From the NCBI GenBank assembly GCA_030390025.1, contig CM059438.1, positions 66,776,001 to 66,840,000 of the forward strand: DNA of 64,000 nucleotides, given 5' to 3'. The DNA comes from Squalus acanthias. Its lineage: Eukaryota. Position numbers and translations under genes: made by a program. The notes under the pieces were generated by a model. It saw only the letters and a program-made list of their open reading frames with translations. It had not been told where the DNA came from and made no database searches. Shown in pieces: positions 26,086 through 38,254 of this stretch. Every line of letters begins with the position of its first letter. Position 1 is the first letter of the stretch.

Positions 26086-26764
26086 TAGAAAGAGGAAAAT
26101 GTACAATAATTCTATACTTGCCATGGACAATTGTCAGATAGCAAGCATTGAATGCTCAGGTATAGATATTTACTGAGCCATTTGAAGGGCTGCAAACCCC
26201 ATCAAGTCCCAGATGAACTAATTTAAGGAAGGTGAAAGTAAATTCAATTTTCTGTCTTTTAGGAATATAAACAATATAAGATTATTCCTCCCGGGGTATG
26301 GAATGACATCAACTGTGAAGTGACCTGATTGGAAGTGTTCGCTGGTCTGTAAGTCTGGGGGGGAAGAGGAGAATGTCCCTTCCAGGCACGTAACAAATGC
26401 ACACAAGACTCTGGGGAGTGTTGGATCCTATGTTGGATGAGGCTCTGCTAGAAACAGCAGATATTAAATCAGCTCTAATGACACAACCAATAATAATGGA
26501 GTGCACAATACCTCAGTGAATTAAACAGAGGATAATAAATGGCTGGCATTGAATTACAAGGCAGTAATTAAATCCGGCACTTCTGGTGTCATGAACTGTG
26601 AAGGAGATTTATGAATGTCGTCAAAGGCCCACGATTGAATTACTGTCTTGAACTCGCCTCCAGGCATTTATTATTGTTTACAGTATGCAGGTTGAGATTT
26701 ATTTTTTCAGCTTTTCCCCATAGATGACATTTTCTATATTTCTAAATTGTTAACATGTTGTAGG

Positions 26765-27311
26765 TGCTATTCCAATTCTCTCCTGACCGGCCGCCCATCT
26801 TCCAGCCTCCATAAACTTAAGATCATCCAAAACTCTGTTGGCAGTATTGTAGCTCGCACCAAGTCCCGTTCACCCATCATCCTTGTGCTTACTGGCCTTC
26901 ATTGGCTTCCAGTCCCTGAACGGCTCGATTTTAAAATTCTCATCCTTGTGTACAAATCCCTCCATGGCCCCACCCCTCCCTATCTCTGTAACCTCCTCCA
27001 GCCCTACAACCCTCCAAGAACTCTGCGTTCCTTCAACTCTGACCTCTTGTGCATCCTCACTTACTTTGTTCCACTATTGGTGGCTGTGCCCTCAGCTGTT
27101 CAGGCTGTAAGTTCTGGAATTCCCACCCTAAACATCCCTGCCTCTCTCTCCTCCTTTAAGACCTTCCTCTTTGACCAAACTTTTGATCACCTATCCTAAC
27201 GTCTCCTCCTTTGGCTTGGTGACAATTTTTGTCTGATTCCGCTCCTGTGAAGCGCCTTGGGATGTTTTACTGCATTAAAGGTGCTATATAAATGCAAGTT
27301 GTTGTTGTTGT
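26765..27311 (+). mobile_element. L2 LINE 3' end
   Basis: LHWLPVPERLDFKILILVYKSLHG and the tail GCTATATAAATGCAAG(TTG)n. Confidence 0.9.
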
Positions 27312-27548
27312 AGGTGCGATAGAGACACTGTAATATCAGTGAAAGAGGGAGGAAATTGACAGCAATTTGACAGCTGCAGGCACACACACAGCATCATGTA
27401 ATTGGCATATTAATACTCCAAGTTTCTTTGTCAGCCTGAATTCATAAAATAATACAATATGATGTATATCATGGAACAATGGAAATGTTCACATATATTT
27501 TATTGAGCTGGAAAATATTACTTGAAGAACTCTTGGTCACAAGACAAA

Positions 27549-28315
27549 TTTTTTTTTTTATTCGGTTATGGGATGTGGGCGTCGCTGGCAAGGCCAGCAT
27601 TTATTGCCCATCCCTAATTGCCCTTGAGAAGGTGGTGGTGAGCCGCCTTCTTGAACCGCTGCAGTCCGTGTGGTGAAGGTACTCCCACAGTGCTGTTAGG
27701 GAGGGAGTTCCAAGATTTTGACCCAGCGACGATGAAGGATCGGCGATATACTTCTAAGTCAGGATGGTGTGTGACTTGGAGGGGAACTTGGAGGTGGTGG
27801 TGTTCCCATGCGCCTGCTGCCCTTGTCCTTCTTGGTGGAAGAGGTCACAGGTTAGGGAGGTTCTGCCGAAGAAGCCTTGGTGAATTGCTGCAGTGCATCT
27901 TATAGATAGTACACACTGCAGCCACGGTACGCCGGTGGTGGAGGAAGTGAATGTTTAAGTTGGTGGATGGGGTGCCAATCAAGCGGGCTGCTTTTTCCTG
28001 GATGGATGTCGAGCTTCTTGAGTGTTGTTGGATCTGCACTCATCCAGGCAAGTGGAGAATATTCCATCACACTCCTTACTTGTGCCTTGTAGATGGTGGA
28101 AAGGCTTTGGGGAGTCAGGAGGTGAGACACTCGCTGCAGAATACCTAGCCTCTGGCCTGCTCTTGTTGCCACAATATTTATGTGGCTGGTCCAGTTAAGT
28201 TTCTGGTCAATGGTGACCCCCAGGATGTTGGTGGGGGATTCGGCGATCGTAATGCCGTTGAATGTCAAGGGGAGGTGGTTAGACTCTCGCTTGTTGGAGA
28301 TAGTCATTGTCTGGC
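27549..28315 (-). mobile_element. LINE family X 3' fragment with a long TSD
   Basis: ILGVTIDQKLNWTSHINIVATRAGQRLG; 29-bp direct repeat at 27520-27548 and 28316-28344. Confidence 0.9.
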
Positions 28316-29427
28316 ACTTGAAGAACTCTTGGTCACAATACAAAGGTGACAAGTCTCTGCATGATGAAAGGTCAAAGCCCAGCTTTATTACAAATCCCTT
28401 TACACAACGGGAATAAAACTCATCCCTAGAGCCACTGATAACTCTTCACTCTGGTATGTAGTAAGTGTGTAACCCATTGGGCCTTGTTTTCTTCTATTGC
28501 TTCGATGAGGATGAACCTGTAGTGTAACCATACAAGCCTGGAGTCTTCCTGTGAACTTGTATGCGTGTGACTTTCGTTGTGCTTACCAATTTTTAGTTCA
28601 TCTCCGCTCTGATGGTGCAGTGATAGTGCTTCAGTGATGCACATTGTCAGGCAAGCTGAGAAGCGCTAAAGGCACTGTTCATTTTCTAGGATTATCCGCT
28701 TCACTAGATTGAGAGGCTCACTGACAGGGAGTTGCGCATTAATGTACTACAGGTAACAATTATATGTTTTGGGCTGCCATCTGCACCTTAGATGAAAGGG
28801 ATTTGACTGCATTAGCTGAACAATCTGGGCATGCACCTTTAAATCCTTCTGTCCATGAGACAGCCTTTCTGGGCTGTCACAACTACTATTGGTTGAGTGT
28901 GAGAGTCCACCAACAAGCCCACTTTTACAATTGCCATTGGCTAATCTGGTCACTGGATACCAACACATTGTCTTTGAGGTGATGCTGCTGTCTCTGATAA
29001 AGCCTCCAAGTAAGATCCCTCAAGAAAAAACACTATATTTTTTGACTGTTATTATCTGGAATTAATGGATGTTAAAAAAAGAACTATAGATGAACATGCT
29101 ATTCCTCTTAACATTGATCTTGGTAGTTGCTGAGAACAAAAATTCCCTGGGAAATATTTACTGGACTCTTGGAAAACAAGTCTAGAGCTCAACTACTATA
29201 AGCTCTAATTGCCCTGGTTCAGCAAGCGATGATTGATGCACTATTTGATAAAAGTTGTAGGCAAGGACGCTGTTTGGCAAAAGTTCATAAGGTATGAGCA
29301 GCTGCTGCAACCTCAGCATCCCAGATATAAGCATGGCTGTCTGTCTTAAAGGCCATTTATTTCCCGTGTTGCTTTTCCACGATTTTCCTCAGAGGTTCCG
29401 CCAGACTCTTGCTGTAACTCCAGTGGG

Positions 29428-31166
29428 AGTAGGAACAGAGGCCCGTCAGCCCTTAGACCCTGTTCCGCCATTCAATTAGACCATGGCTGAGCTGTATTTT
29501 AACTCCATCTGACCGCCTTGGTTTTGTAACCCTTAATACCCGTGCCTAACAAAAATCTGTCAATCTCAGTTTTGAAATTTTCAATTGACCTAGCCTCAAC
29601 AGCTTTTTGGGGGGGGAGAGTTCCAGATTTCCATTACTGTTTATGTGAAGAAGTGCTTTCTGAAATCACCCCTGAATGGCCTAGCTCTAATTTTAAGGTT
29701 ATGCACCCTTGTTCTGGACTCCCCAAACAAAGGAAATTGTTTCTCTCTATCTACCCTGTAACATCCTTTAATCATCTTAAACACCTCAATTAGATTACCC
29801 TTTAATCTCCTATACTCAAGGGAATGCAAGCCTGGTCTATACAACCTGTTGTCATAATTTAACCCTTTTAGCTCTGGCATCATTCTGGTGAATCTGTGGT
29901 GCACCCTTATATCCTTCCTAAGGTGCGGTATCCAGAACTGAATGCTCTGCTCTAAGTTGGGGTCCAACTAGAGCTTTATACAACTGTAACATAACTTCCA
30001 CCGTGCTTTGTATTCCAGCCCCTTTGAGATAAAAGGCAACATTCCATCAGCCTTTCTAATTACTTTTTGTTCCCAGCTTTTAGTGATTTAGTTTCTCACC
30101 ATTTAGAAAATACTCTGATCTATCTTTCTTAGGTTCAAAGTGGATGACCTCACGTTTCCCCACATTGAACTCCATCTGCTACAGTTTTGCCCACTCGCTC
30201 AATCTATCAATGTACCTTTGCAACTTTCTGCTCCCATCTACACTATTTACTGTGCCACCTAACTTGGTGTCATCGGCAAACTTGGATATATGGCTCTATA
30301 TTCTTTCATCTTATTCTTTTACTAAATATAGTGAAAAGCTGAGGGCTCAGTACTGATCCCTGGGGTCGCCACTAGTCACATCTGCTAATTGGAGTACATA
30401 TCCATTATCCCTACTCTCTGTCACCTACCTCCTAACCAATTCCCTACCCATGTCAATAGGTTGTTTCCAATTCCAATAACTATCAAAGTATTTATCTGTA
30501 TATTATTTTGTTAGCAGTCTCTTATGTGAAACCTTATTGAATGCCTTCTGGAAGTCCATATAAATAGCATCCATAGACACTCCTTTATCTACCGCGTTAA
30601 TTACCTCCTCAAAAAATTCAACTAGGTTCGTTAGACTTGACTTACCTTTACCAATCAATGCTGGCTCTCTCTGATCAGTTCATGTTTCTCCAAGCGCTCA
30701 GTCACTCTGTCCCTCATAATAGATTCTAGTAACTGTGTCAGGCAGTGGCTCAGTTGGTAGCACCCTCACCTCTGAGTCAAGAAGGTTGTGGGTTCACAGT
30801 CCCACTCCAGAGACTTGAGCACAAAAATCCAGGCTGACATTATTTAAAAGAAGAGCAGAGGAATTAACCCTGGTGTCCTGGCCAATATCTATCCCTCAAT
30901 CAACATCACAAAAACAGATTATCTGGTCATTATCACATTGCTGTTTGTGGGAGTTTGCTGAGCATAAATTGGCTGCCATGTTTCCTACATACAACAGTGA
31001 CTACACTTAAAAAATAACTTCATTGGCTGTAAAGAGCTTTGGGACATCTGGTGGTTGTGAAAGGCGCTATATAAATGCAAGACTTTCTTTTTTCTAACTT
31101 CCCCACAACAGATGTTAGACTAATAGGCCTATAAATTCCTAGTTTATCTCTCTTACCCTTCTTAAG
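29428..31166 (-). mobile_element. CR1 LINE fragment with an inserted SINE
   Basis: QFWIPHLRKDI and LEYRRLKGNLIEVFK, plus KFADDT and DFQKAF remnants. Confidence 0.9.
30735..31094 (+). mobile_element. Deu-domain SINE with an internal deletion
   Basis: Head TGGCTCAGTTGGTAGCAC and L2-like tail; TAACT on both flanks. Confidence 0.9.
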
Positions 31167-31985
31167 TAGTGGATTTAGTCCAATGGAACCCACCATGGCT
31201 GTCTGGCTTAAGGGCCATTAATTCCCATGTTAGTCCAATGGAACCCACCAGAATACGACAAGGACCTGGTTGTGCTGGATCCCTGCCACTTCTGGGATTT
31301 CCCGATCACCCCTGTAAGGGGTGGAACCCTCCATCCGCCGCTTACAAAGTCAATGGTGGCAGGGGGCAGAAACTTGCTTTCCAGGAGTGCCAGTCGGGAC
31401 CTGGCACTGAGTGCTGGTACGCTGAGTGGGATGGGTGGAAGTGGGACCCACTGGGATGGTTAAGGCATGGGGAGGACTCCTGAAGAAATGGTCAGAGTTT
31501 TTAAAAAAAATATTTATTAGCTCAGTCCCCTTGAAGAGCAGGATGAGTGGGGGAGGGGGGTGGGTGCAGAGACCTGGGCAGTCCCTCCTGATAGGAGGCA
31601 AGTACCGGTTTTTCCAGCTGCATGGGGCAGGCCTTCATCAAAAATGTGCCCGCTGCCTCATGTAAATGAGCTGCCTTCCATCTGACCCCACAAACTCCAG
31701 CAGGGTCAACAGTGGAGACTGCCAGTGGGAGCAAACATGGCGTAACCACTGGAGTCATATATTCAAGGCCAAGATCTCTTAGGCATGTCAACCGAATGAG
31801 ATGAGAGTGGTCAGGCTCTGGGGTATGGTGGGTTCTTCTTCTTATCCAGTTGACTTGTCTGCAAGGTTTTGGATGACACAGAGCCTAAGGAAGAAGAGAT
31901 GAGTTGACCCTGTAGTCCATAAAACATGGCTACAGTTTTCCTTACCTGACTGGATATTGGCTTCATAGGACACTGATGTCGTCTT

Positions 31986-32036
31986 CCTCAGATGCTGCCT
32001 GACCTGCTGAATGTTTCCAACATTTTTTGTTTTTGT
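31986..32036 (+). mobile_element. Short pLTR fragment of a second Penelope-like family
   Basis: CAGATGCTGCCTGACCTGCTGA...TTTCCAACATTTTTTGTTTTT. Recognised from memory as a common shark repeat; there is no internal support in this window. Confidence 0.35.
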
Positions 32037-32104
32037 CGCTGAGTGTACTGTTGAGCTTTACGGAACGTTTTCTTCCTAGTTTGTTGGGAACTTCTACATC
32101 CACT

Positions 32105-32841
32105 GGCCCAAAAATTCGGCCCTTTCCGCATGAGTACACAGTGTATACTCACCCGTATTGATTCCCGAAGTGCCGGTTTCCTGCATGCACTGCGTATGGT
32201 GAAGGGGACGGTTCCTAGGTGAACCGCGTGCGCGCTAGAGGCTGCGCGCACGCAGCACACTTAGATTTTTTTCAGGTTTCTACGTGAGGGTAAGTATTGA
32301 AGATACTATGCTAATAAAAAGGAGGCGTAAGACCCCTTTTGAACAAGGTAAGTGGTTAATTAAGTATAATTTTGAATTTTTTTCAACAGGTTTATCTTTT
32401 TTAGATACTTTAAAGAAAAGTAAGTTTATTTTTATAACTTTTAAAAAGTATTTAAATTTTTTCAAAAATTTAAATTTTTGTTTAAAGTGGTTAATTTATT
32501 TAACTATAGTTATTTTATAAATGTGATGGTTTTTAAAAAAAATTATTTTAAGTTTAGCTTTTCTTTTGGGGCCGATTTCAATTCACAGATTTGACAGGTC
32601 TCCTGTCAAATCTATGAATGAAAGATGGTCTGCTGCCATTGGCTCTCCATGGCCCACGTGATCCCAGGGGTCGCATCACACTAACTGCGCCCCTGGAACA
32701 CGCAAGCACTGCGCGCCGGCTCTTGGGAGAGGCCCAGGACCCGAAGTTCCCGTGGGCCCAAAACACACCAGCAGGCGCAGTGGGTAAGAGCGCGCGCGAT
32801 CCTTACCCCCGTGGCAAGCCGGCCACGCGAATTTCTGGGCC
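32105..32841. mobile_element. Harbinger-type MITE, family C, with an AT-rich centre
   Basis: TIR GGCCCAAAAATTCG / CGAATTTCTGGGCC and TSD ACT (32102-32104, 32842-32844). Confidence 0.85.
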
Positions 32842-33199
32842 ACTATGTATTCAACCATAATATATAGAAAATGTGGTATTCGTCTGTGCTAGTCAGTAGG
32901 AGCAATCCTATTGTACATTCAGACCAAATCATGAGCTGCAATTGCGCTTCATGTCTATTTTATATGCAAAAGCAATTCAACCACCTACTGCTGTCTGCCA
33001 TGACGTTCTGTCCGCAAAATTATATAAGAAACAAAAATTTGTATTTTTATACACGATACAGAATATGTGCTAGAATATGTTCTGAGAGCATTGCACCTTG
33101 GAACTGAATGACATTTGTTGACTGCTCAAATGTTGCTTTTCCACTTTATCGCACCATTTCGTCCAACACTTTGCATTAATATAACATTTTTAACTTAGA

Positions 33200-33780
33200 G
33201 AAACGTCCCAAGACACTTCACAAAGAGGCACCATCAGATAAAAGTGGATGCTGAGAAGGAGATATTAGGACTGGTGACCAAAAGCTTTGTCAGAGAGGCG
33301 GGTTTTGAGGAGAGCCTTAAAAGGAGAAGGAGGTGGAAAGGCAGAAGGGTAGAGGGAGGGAATTCCGGAGCCTAGACGACTGAAGGCATGGCCGGCAATG
33401 TTGCGGCAATGTGGGTGTGGTGGGGGGTGGTGGTGGGGAGGATGCACAAAAGGCAAGAAGCAGAGGAATGGAGAGTTCGGGGAGTGGGGTGTTGGGGCTG
33501 GAGGAGGTTACAGAGATGGGGAGAGGCAAGACCGTGAACGGACTTAAATGCAAGGATGACAATTTAAAATCTGAGGTGTTGGAGGACCGGGAGTCAATGT
33601 CGGACAGCAAGGACAAGGGTGACGGATGAACAGGAGTTGGTGCAGGATAGGATGCGAGCAGCAGAGAGAGAGGATGGGAGGCCGGCCAGGTGAGCTTTGG
33701 AATAGTGGAGTCTGGAGGTAACAAAAGCATTAATGAGGGTTTCGGTGGAAGATGATGCTGACACAGGTGCAGAGGCGGGT
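33200..33780 (-). mobile_element. L2 LINE 3' fragment
   Basis: Antisense homologue of 26765-27311 (GGGGCTGGAGGAGGTTACAGAGAT; FKALLKTRLSDKAFG). Confidence 0.8.
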
Positions 33781-34135
33781 GATTTTCGGATCTCTTGTGT
33801 TATTCTGTAATTATTGGTTGAGTTCTTGAACGTGTTTCAGTTCAGTCATGCATTTCTTTCATTATGAATGCAAACTTGGAGATAAAAAAGGACTTCACAA
33901 AGTTCCAAGGCTTTCGCGATCCTTCTATTGTAAGGCTCGTGAGCCGCGCTTGCTTCTGTAGTTCCAGCTCAAAGGGAACCTCTCTTGCATATTTACTTGT
34001 TCCCTTTGTACTGGCAACTCTCAATAGACAAGATAAATAACATGGATTTTGCAATTTCAGAGAAGTGCTTTTGTTAAAAAGGAGAGAGGATGTTACATAT
34101 TTTGTAAAGGCGCTATGGGGTCATGTTGCACTGCT

Positions 34136-34148
34136 GTTGCCTAGCAAC
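34136..34148. promoter_or_regulatory. Candidate RFX X-box
   Basis: GTTGCCTAGCAAC is an inverted-repeat RFX/EF-C-type site in non-repeat sequence. Function is untested. Confidence 0.35.
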
Positions 34149-34377
34149 AAACAAAGGAGGCAATGCGGAAAGAGAAGAGGCCTGTGTTGAAGTGTACACC
34201 GCACAATGAGAACAGAAAACTGCGTTCAGTAAACTATGGAAAGCAAATGTTGGTGGTGGAAATAGTAGTTTTTTCATGCCCACCCCAACATTAAAATCTA
34301 CAAATGTTATTGAAGCAAGAGCTAAGGCTACAGTGGCGACTGTCTAAAGCAGACCTTTAACAGACAAACATTGTGGG

Positions 34378-35610
34378 CAGGAGTGCCAGCCCTCCATGAT
34401 CGTCCTGGAGTCTCCAGGAATTAACGATTAATCTCCAAGACACTGCTGCGAGCGACCCGTGATAAAAATGGGGGCACTAAAAAACAATCATCTGGTTTTT
34501 TTTCATGGGGGCAATCTTGTCAGCCCTGGGGAGGCGGGTTTGGAGGTGGGACTGCTGGGAAAATGGCAGAATCTGGGGGCGGGTACCCATCCCGCTCCCA
34601 ACCCGCCTCCGTGCCATCTTCCCAGGAGGCGGGTACCCGACCCGCGCCGGGTCCCGTCTCCCGGAGGCAGGAAGGGGATTACAGCCACTTAACTGCCTGT
34701 TAACAGGTAGTTAACAGGCAGTTAAGAGGATTATTCCCATTTTTCCACCAGGGGCGCGGGCTTCCCGACGTCGGGAAACCCCGCCTGGGTCACCGAGGCG
34801 AGCAGTGGGTCTGCGGGGGTCGGAGGGGTGCAAAAGTGCGCTATGGAGGTAAGTGATGGGTGCAAGTGTGGAGAGGTAATTATGTGAGGTGAGTGGAAAG
34901 TGATAGAAAATGTTTACTTACCTTTGTTTCTTCCTGCAGGCTTCAACAGTTGGGGATGCGGAGAGTCTCGCATCTCACCGGCAGAGATGACAGTTGGCTG
35001 CTGCATTCTCCGATACAACAGCCATCTAATTTCTGCTCACAAAAGAGGTTTGATGAGTCTTGAATACAAGAACTCATCAAACAACAGAGAATGTCAGTGT
35101 TTGACAGCTTCACAAAGCTGTCAAACAATGACAATTCATCTGTCAAAAATTTTTGACAGATGAAATGTCATACGCTGACGTTCTCTGTAACCGGCTTCCC
35201 CTTAATTGGCCTGCTAGGCCCACTAGGCGGGCTTAACAAGGTCAATCAAGGGAAAATAGTGTGGGTTGGCCACAAGTCAATGGAGGCGGGACTGAAACCC
35301 GACAAGTGGGAGTTCCGCCTCCAAAAGCTCCCCATTGGCAAAATCCAGCCCCATTTTCTTTGAACACTTTCATTTATTAGTTCAATAAAATATTGGAGAG
35401 GGGAACCATGGTTGTTTGACCAACAGTCAAAAATCATCCAATCGGACAACAGAGTCTGTTCACTGTCCAATTGGTGTGGGAAGGCGGGGCACCGCACGTA
35501 TGGATGTGTCGGGTGACCAATGGCGGGAGTGTGGGGGCGGGGTGGTTGGAGGCAGTTGGTCATGGGATGAAACCCTCCAGGAAAATGCCCAATCAGAGTT
35601 GGCGAACTTA
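34378..35610. mobile_element. Degenerate hAT-like MITE interrupted by a Harbinger MITE
   Basis: Ends CAGGAGTGCCAGCC / GAGTTGGCGAACTTA resemble (T/C)AGGGTTGCCAAC TIRs. The 8-bp flanks ATTGTGGG and ATTGCGAG match at 6 of 8. Confidence 0.5.
34507..35351 (+). mobile_element. Harbinger-type MITE, family B
   Basis: TSD CAT and right TIR AAAATCCAGCCC. Collinear with 17300-18144 and, inverted, with 55203-56048. Confidence 0.9.
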
Positions 35611-38178
35611 ATTGCGAGCAACATACTGCTGCATTCTAATCGCGGGACAGCGCGGTTCAAGTTGCGACGTTTTTTTCATTTGCGTTCGGTTTCGTTTCCA
35701 CGATTTTGAACTTCTCACCCTCAACTACCCACATTCCAGCTAACAATCCACAACTGAGATGCTCGCTGGGCACATTGTAATTGGGCCACCGCCTATGCTA
35801 CAGTCACACTATCCACTGAGAGCTACTTTGCTAATACACACAAATGTTTTAAAAATATTTATTGAGCTTTCTCAGTCCTTTTCATTGTGAATGTAGTAAT
35901 GGAGAAGTTCTTTAATTCCATTGTGAGCACGACTGTGCCACCCTCGGGGGGTATTGGATGATATAAACTGTGACAGCATCCGTAGAGAGGATTACACAAA
36001 AACCCAATTCCCCCAAGACTGTTTCTTATGCACACTTCAGTTCAATTTATCTTTTTGCAGCTTTACAGCTGCTGTTTTTATGCTGTTTACCTTCCTGCCT
36101 CACCAACCTCCCTTTGGCATTATGGAGCACTTCGTTCCGAGAGCTCTGTGTCATGCAAAAATAAAGTAGGCATCTTCGAACATTATGACACAAAACAAGG
36201 GCATAATGGATGGTTTCACTAAGATTTATGGTAGCCACGCTTTGGGATGCTTGTCTTTTGTTTCCTTCACGGAAAGGATTTCAGATTGAGTAATGTTTGA
36301 GTGTTGTATTTTAAAACAAAGTGACCCTCACACAGGCTTAAAAAAAAGCCACCGGCATTGATGATGTGCATTAAAACTGAATGAGCCAGTTTGTGGACTG
36401 CTACACCTCATAGTCTATTTCACACCGAGACAATCAGAGTAGACTGTCTCATCACAGGCTCATTAAGCCAGGCATGTTCATTTTGGGGAATGCCAGGAGA
36501 TGTTTTCTTTAATTCTGCATCCCAAGAGTGAGAAGCGGTATCCGGTTTTATTGAGGGGCCGATTGGGAAAGAAGTCAGAAGGACAGCCCTCCCACTGGCT
36601 GTGGACAGAGACAGAAAAGGACAAGGGGAACCAAGGGCGGTCAGTCAGCCAGACAGGTATCAGGAGGAACCTGGCCTCGTGTGGGGAAACTTGCCCACCT
36701 CCAGCTCAGAGACAGTTAGAATCAGAAAAGGCTGACCAGAAAAAGTCAAGCGAGCCAGCAAATAGGGATAATGTAGTGTGTTTCCTGTTTTCGAGGAGAG
36801 TTCTATAGTTAGTTGAATGAAGGTGGAATTTGATTGCATCTGTTGCTCTGTATATTCACTTGCTGCCTGCAAGATAAAGCAACTTGACGTTTCGTATCTG
36901 GTCTCACCTCACTTAAATGTTCAGCCCACCGTCAAAAGGATTGGAGAAGCGCATGTACAAAAGTGACAGTATCAAGCTCAGATTACAAGAGGTTTCTATT
37001 GTTACACCCCTGGGTTACACTAGTGCATGATAAGATATTGAGCAGTATGGGTACGCTCCTGGTTTTTGGACCGCTTACCGGGGTGTTCAGCATCACTGTA
37101 GCCTGGATAATGTCTGAGACAGACCCGAAGCTTGTAACATTGCTGTAATACAGGAGAATGGAGAGTACATCATGGATAGCTGGGAGGTATTACAAGACAG
37201 TAAATCAGTCGAAGAGTTCCAATGATATCTTAACCACAAGAAGGAAGAATGGAGTACTTTGTCTGAATCGTCTGAACTCGAAGATCGTGTTATGGTTCTG
37301 CAGTAACTACGCTAGTATCTGTTGCACTTACAGTCTTTCAGTTCTGTGTGGGTTTTATTCTATTCTGCGGTCATTTTTGGTGTTTATTGTGGTAGATATT
37401 TGACTGTCCATTTCTTTGCTGAAGAATACTCCTCACACAGGAAGATTCATGATCATTTCAGGCTTATTGATGAATACTTGGTGGTCGATTGCCAAGAAAT
37501 TCTAAGTGCAATGCATTCCACAGACAAGATTACAGTTGCAGTATTGAGTAGCATTCCCACATTCTGTCGGGCATAAATTATATATTAAATATGTTTTTGG
37601 AGTGAACAGAAATCAGTGGGGGAAGCATGGTTACTGATGCAACCGCTCATTGCTTTTAACACAAGCCATTAACAAAAGTAATGAGGGGAGTGATGGACCT
37701 TCCATTGGTCTGTTCACCATGGCCAGTTCAATCATATTGCACAAAGGAACATAAAGCTCAAGCAGGTTTTCTAGTAACATTTAACATTGGCTAGTTTTAC
37801 ATTTATTTGTCATAAAAAATGCTGTTGCTTGTAACAGTTCAAACATGAAGAGCAACATTCCCTAAAATCAACATAAAACAGAATGGGACTGGAATTCCAG
37901 TTCTCAGGTGTCAACATCCATCTTTATTCTAGAATGTTTGAGATCTCTCAAATAAGAAATGGCCTGGCATAGTTGATGCATGCATACATTATTGGACACA
38001 TGTTACATTGCAACTGAGGAATCTCTGCTGATCATAATTAAATTAATGCGAGTCACCAGTCAAATTATTGTAATGTACCACTGTGCACTTGTGAAATAGT
38101 CACACAGCACACACACACGTTAAATAAATGTGAGAAGTCGAACAACACCAGGTTATAGTCCAACAGCTTTATTTGAAA

Positions 38179-38215
38179 TCACAAGCTTTCGGAGCGCTGC
38201 TCCTTCGTCAGGTGA
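38179..38215 (-). ncRNA. Minimal hammerhead ribozyme motif (intact)
   Basis: TCAC-CTGACGA-A-GGAGC-AGC-GCTCC-GAAA-GCTT-GTGA on the minus strand. Confidence 0.75.
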
Positions 38216-38217
38216 AG

Positions 38218-38254
38218 TCACCTGACGAAGGAGCAGCGCTCCGAAAGTTTGTGA
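38218..38254 (+). ncRNA. Minimal hammerhead ribozyme motif (helix III palindrome mutated)
   Basis: TCAC-CTGACGA-A-GGAGC-AGC-GCTCC-GAAA-GTTT-GTGA. Confidence 0.65.

Noticed and set aside
31175..31250. 21-bp direct repeat TTAGTCCAATGGAACCCACCA
   Set aside because: Only two copies ~55 bp apart next to a CR1 truncation point; most simply a small local duplication.
34900..35363. Paired 87-aa and 67-aa ORFs that are also open at 55191-55654, resembling a two-gene module
   Set aside because: Both lie in closely related MITE copies, the first has a non-ATG start, and the peptides resemble nothing I recognise. Shared openness is explained by recent common ancestry.
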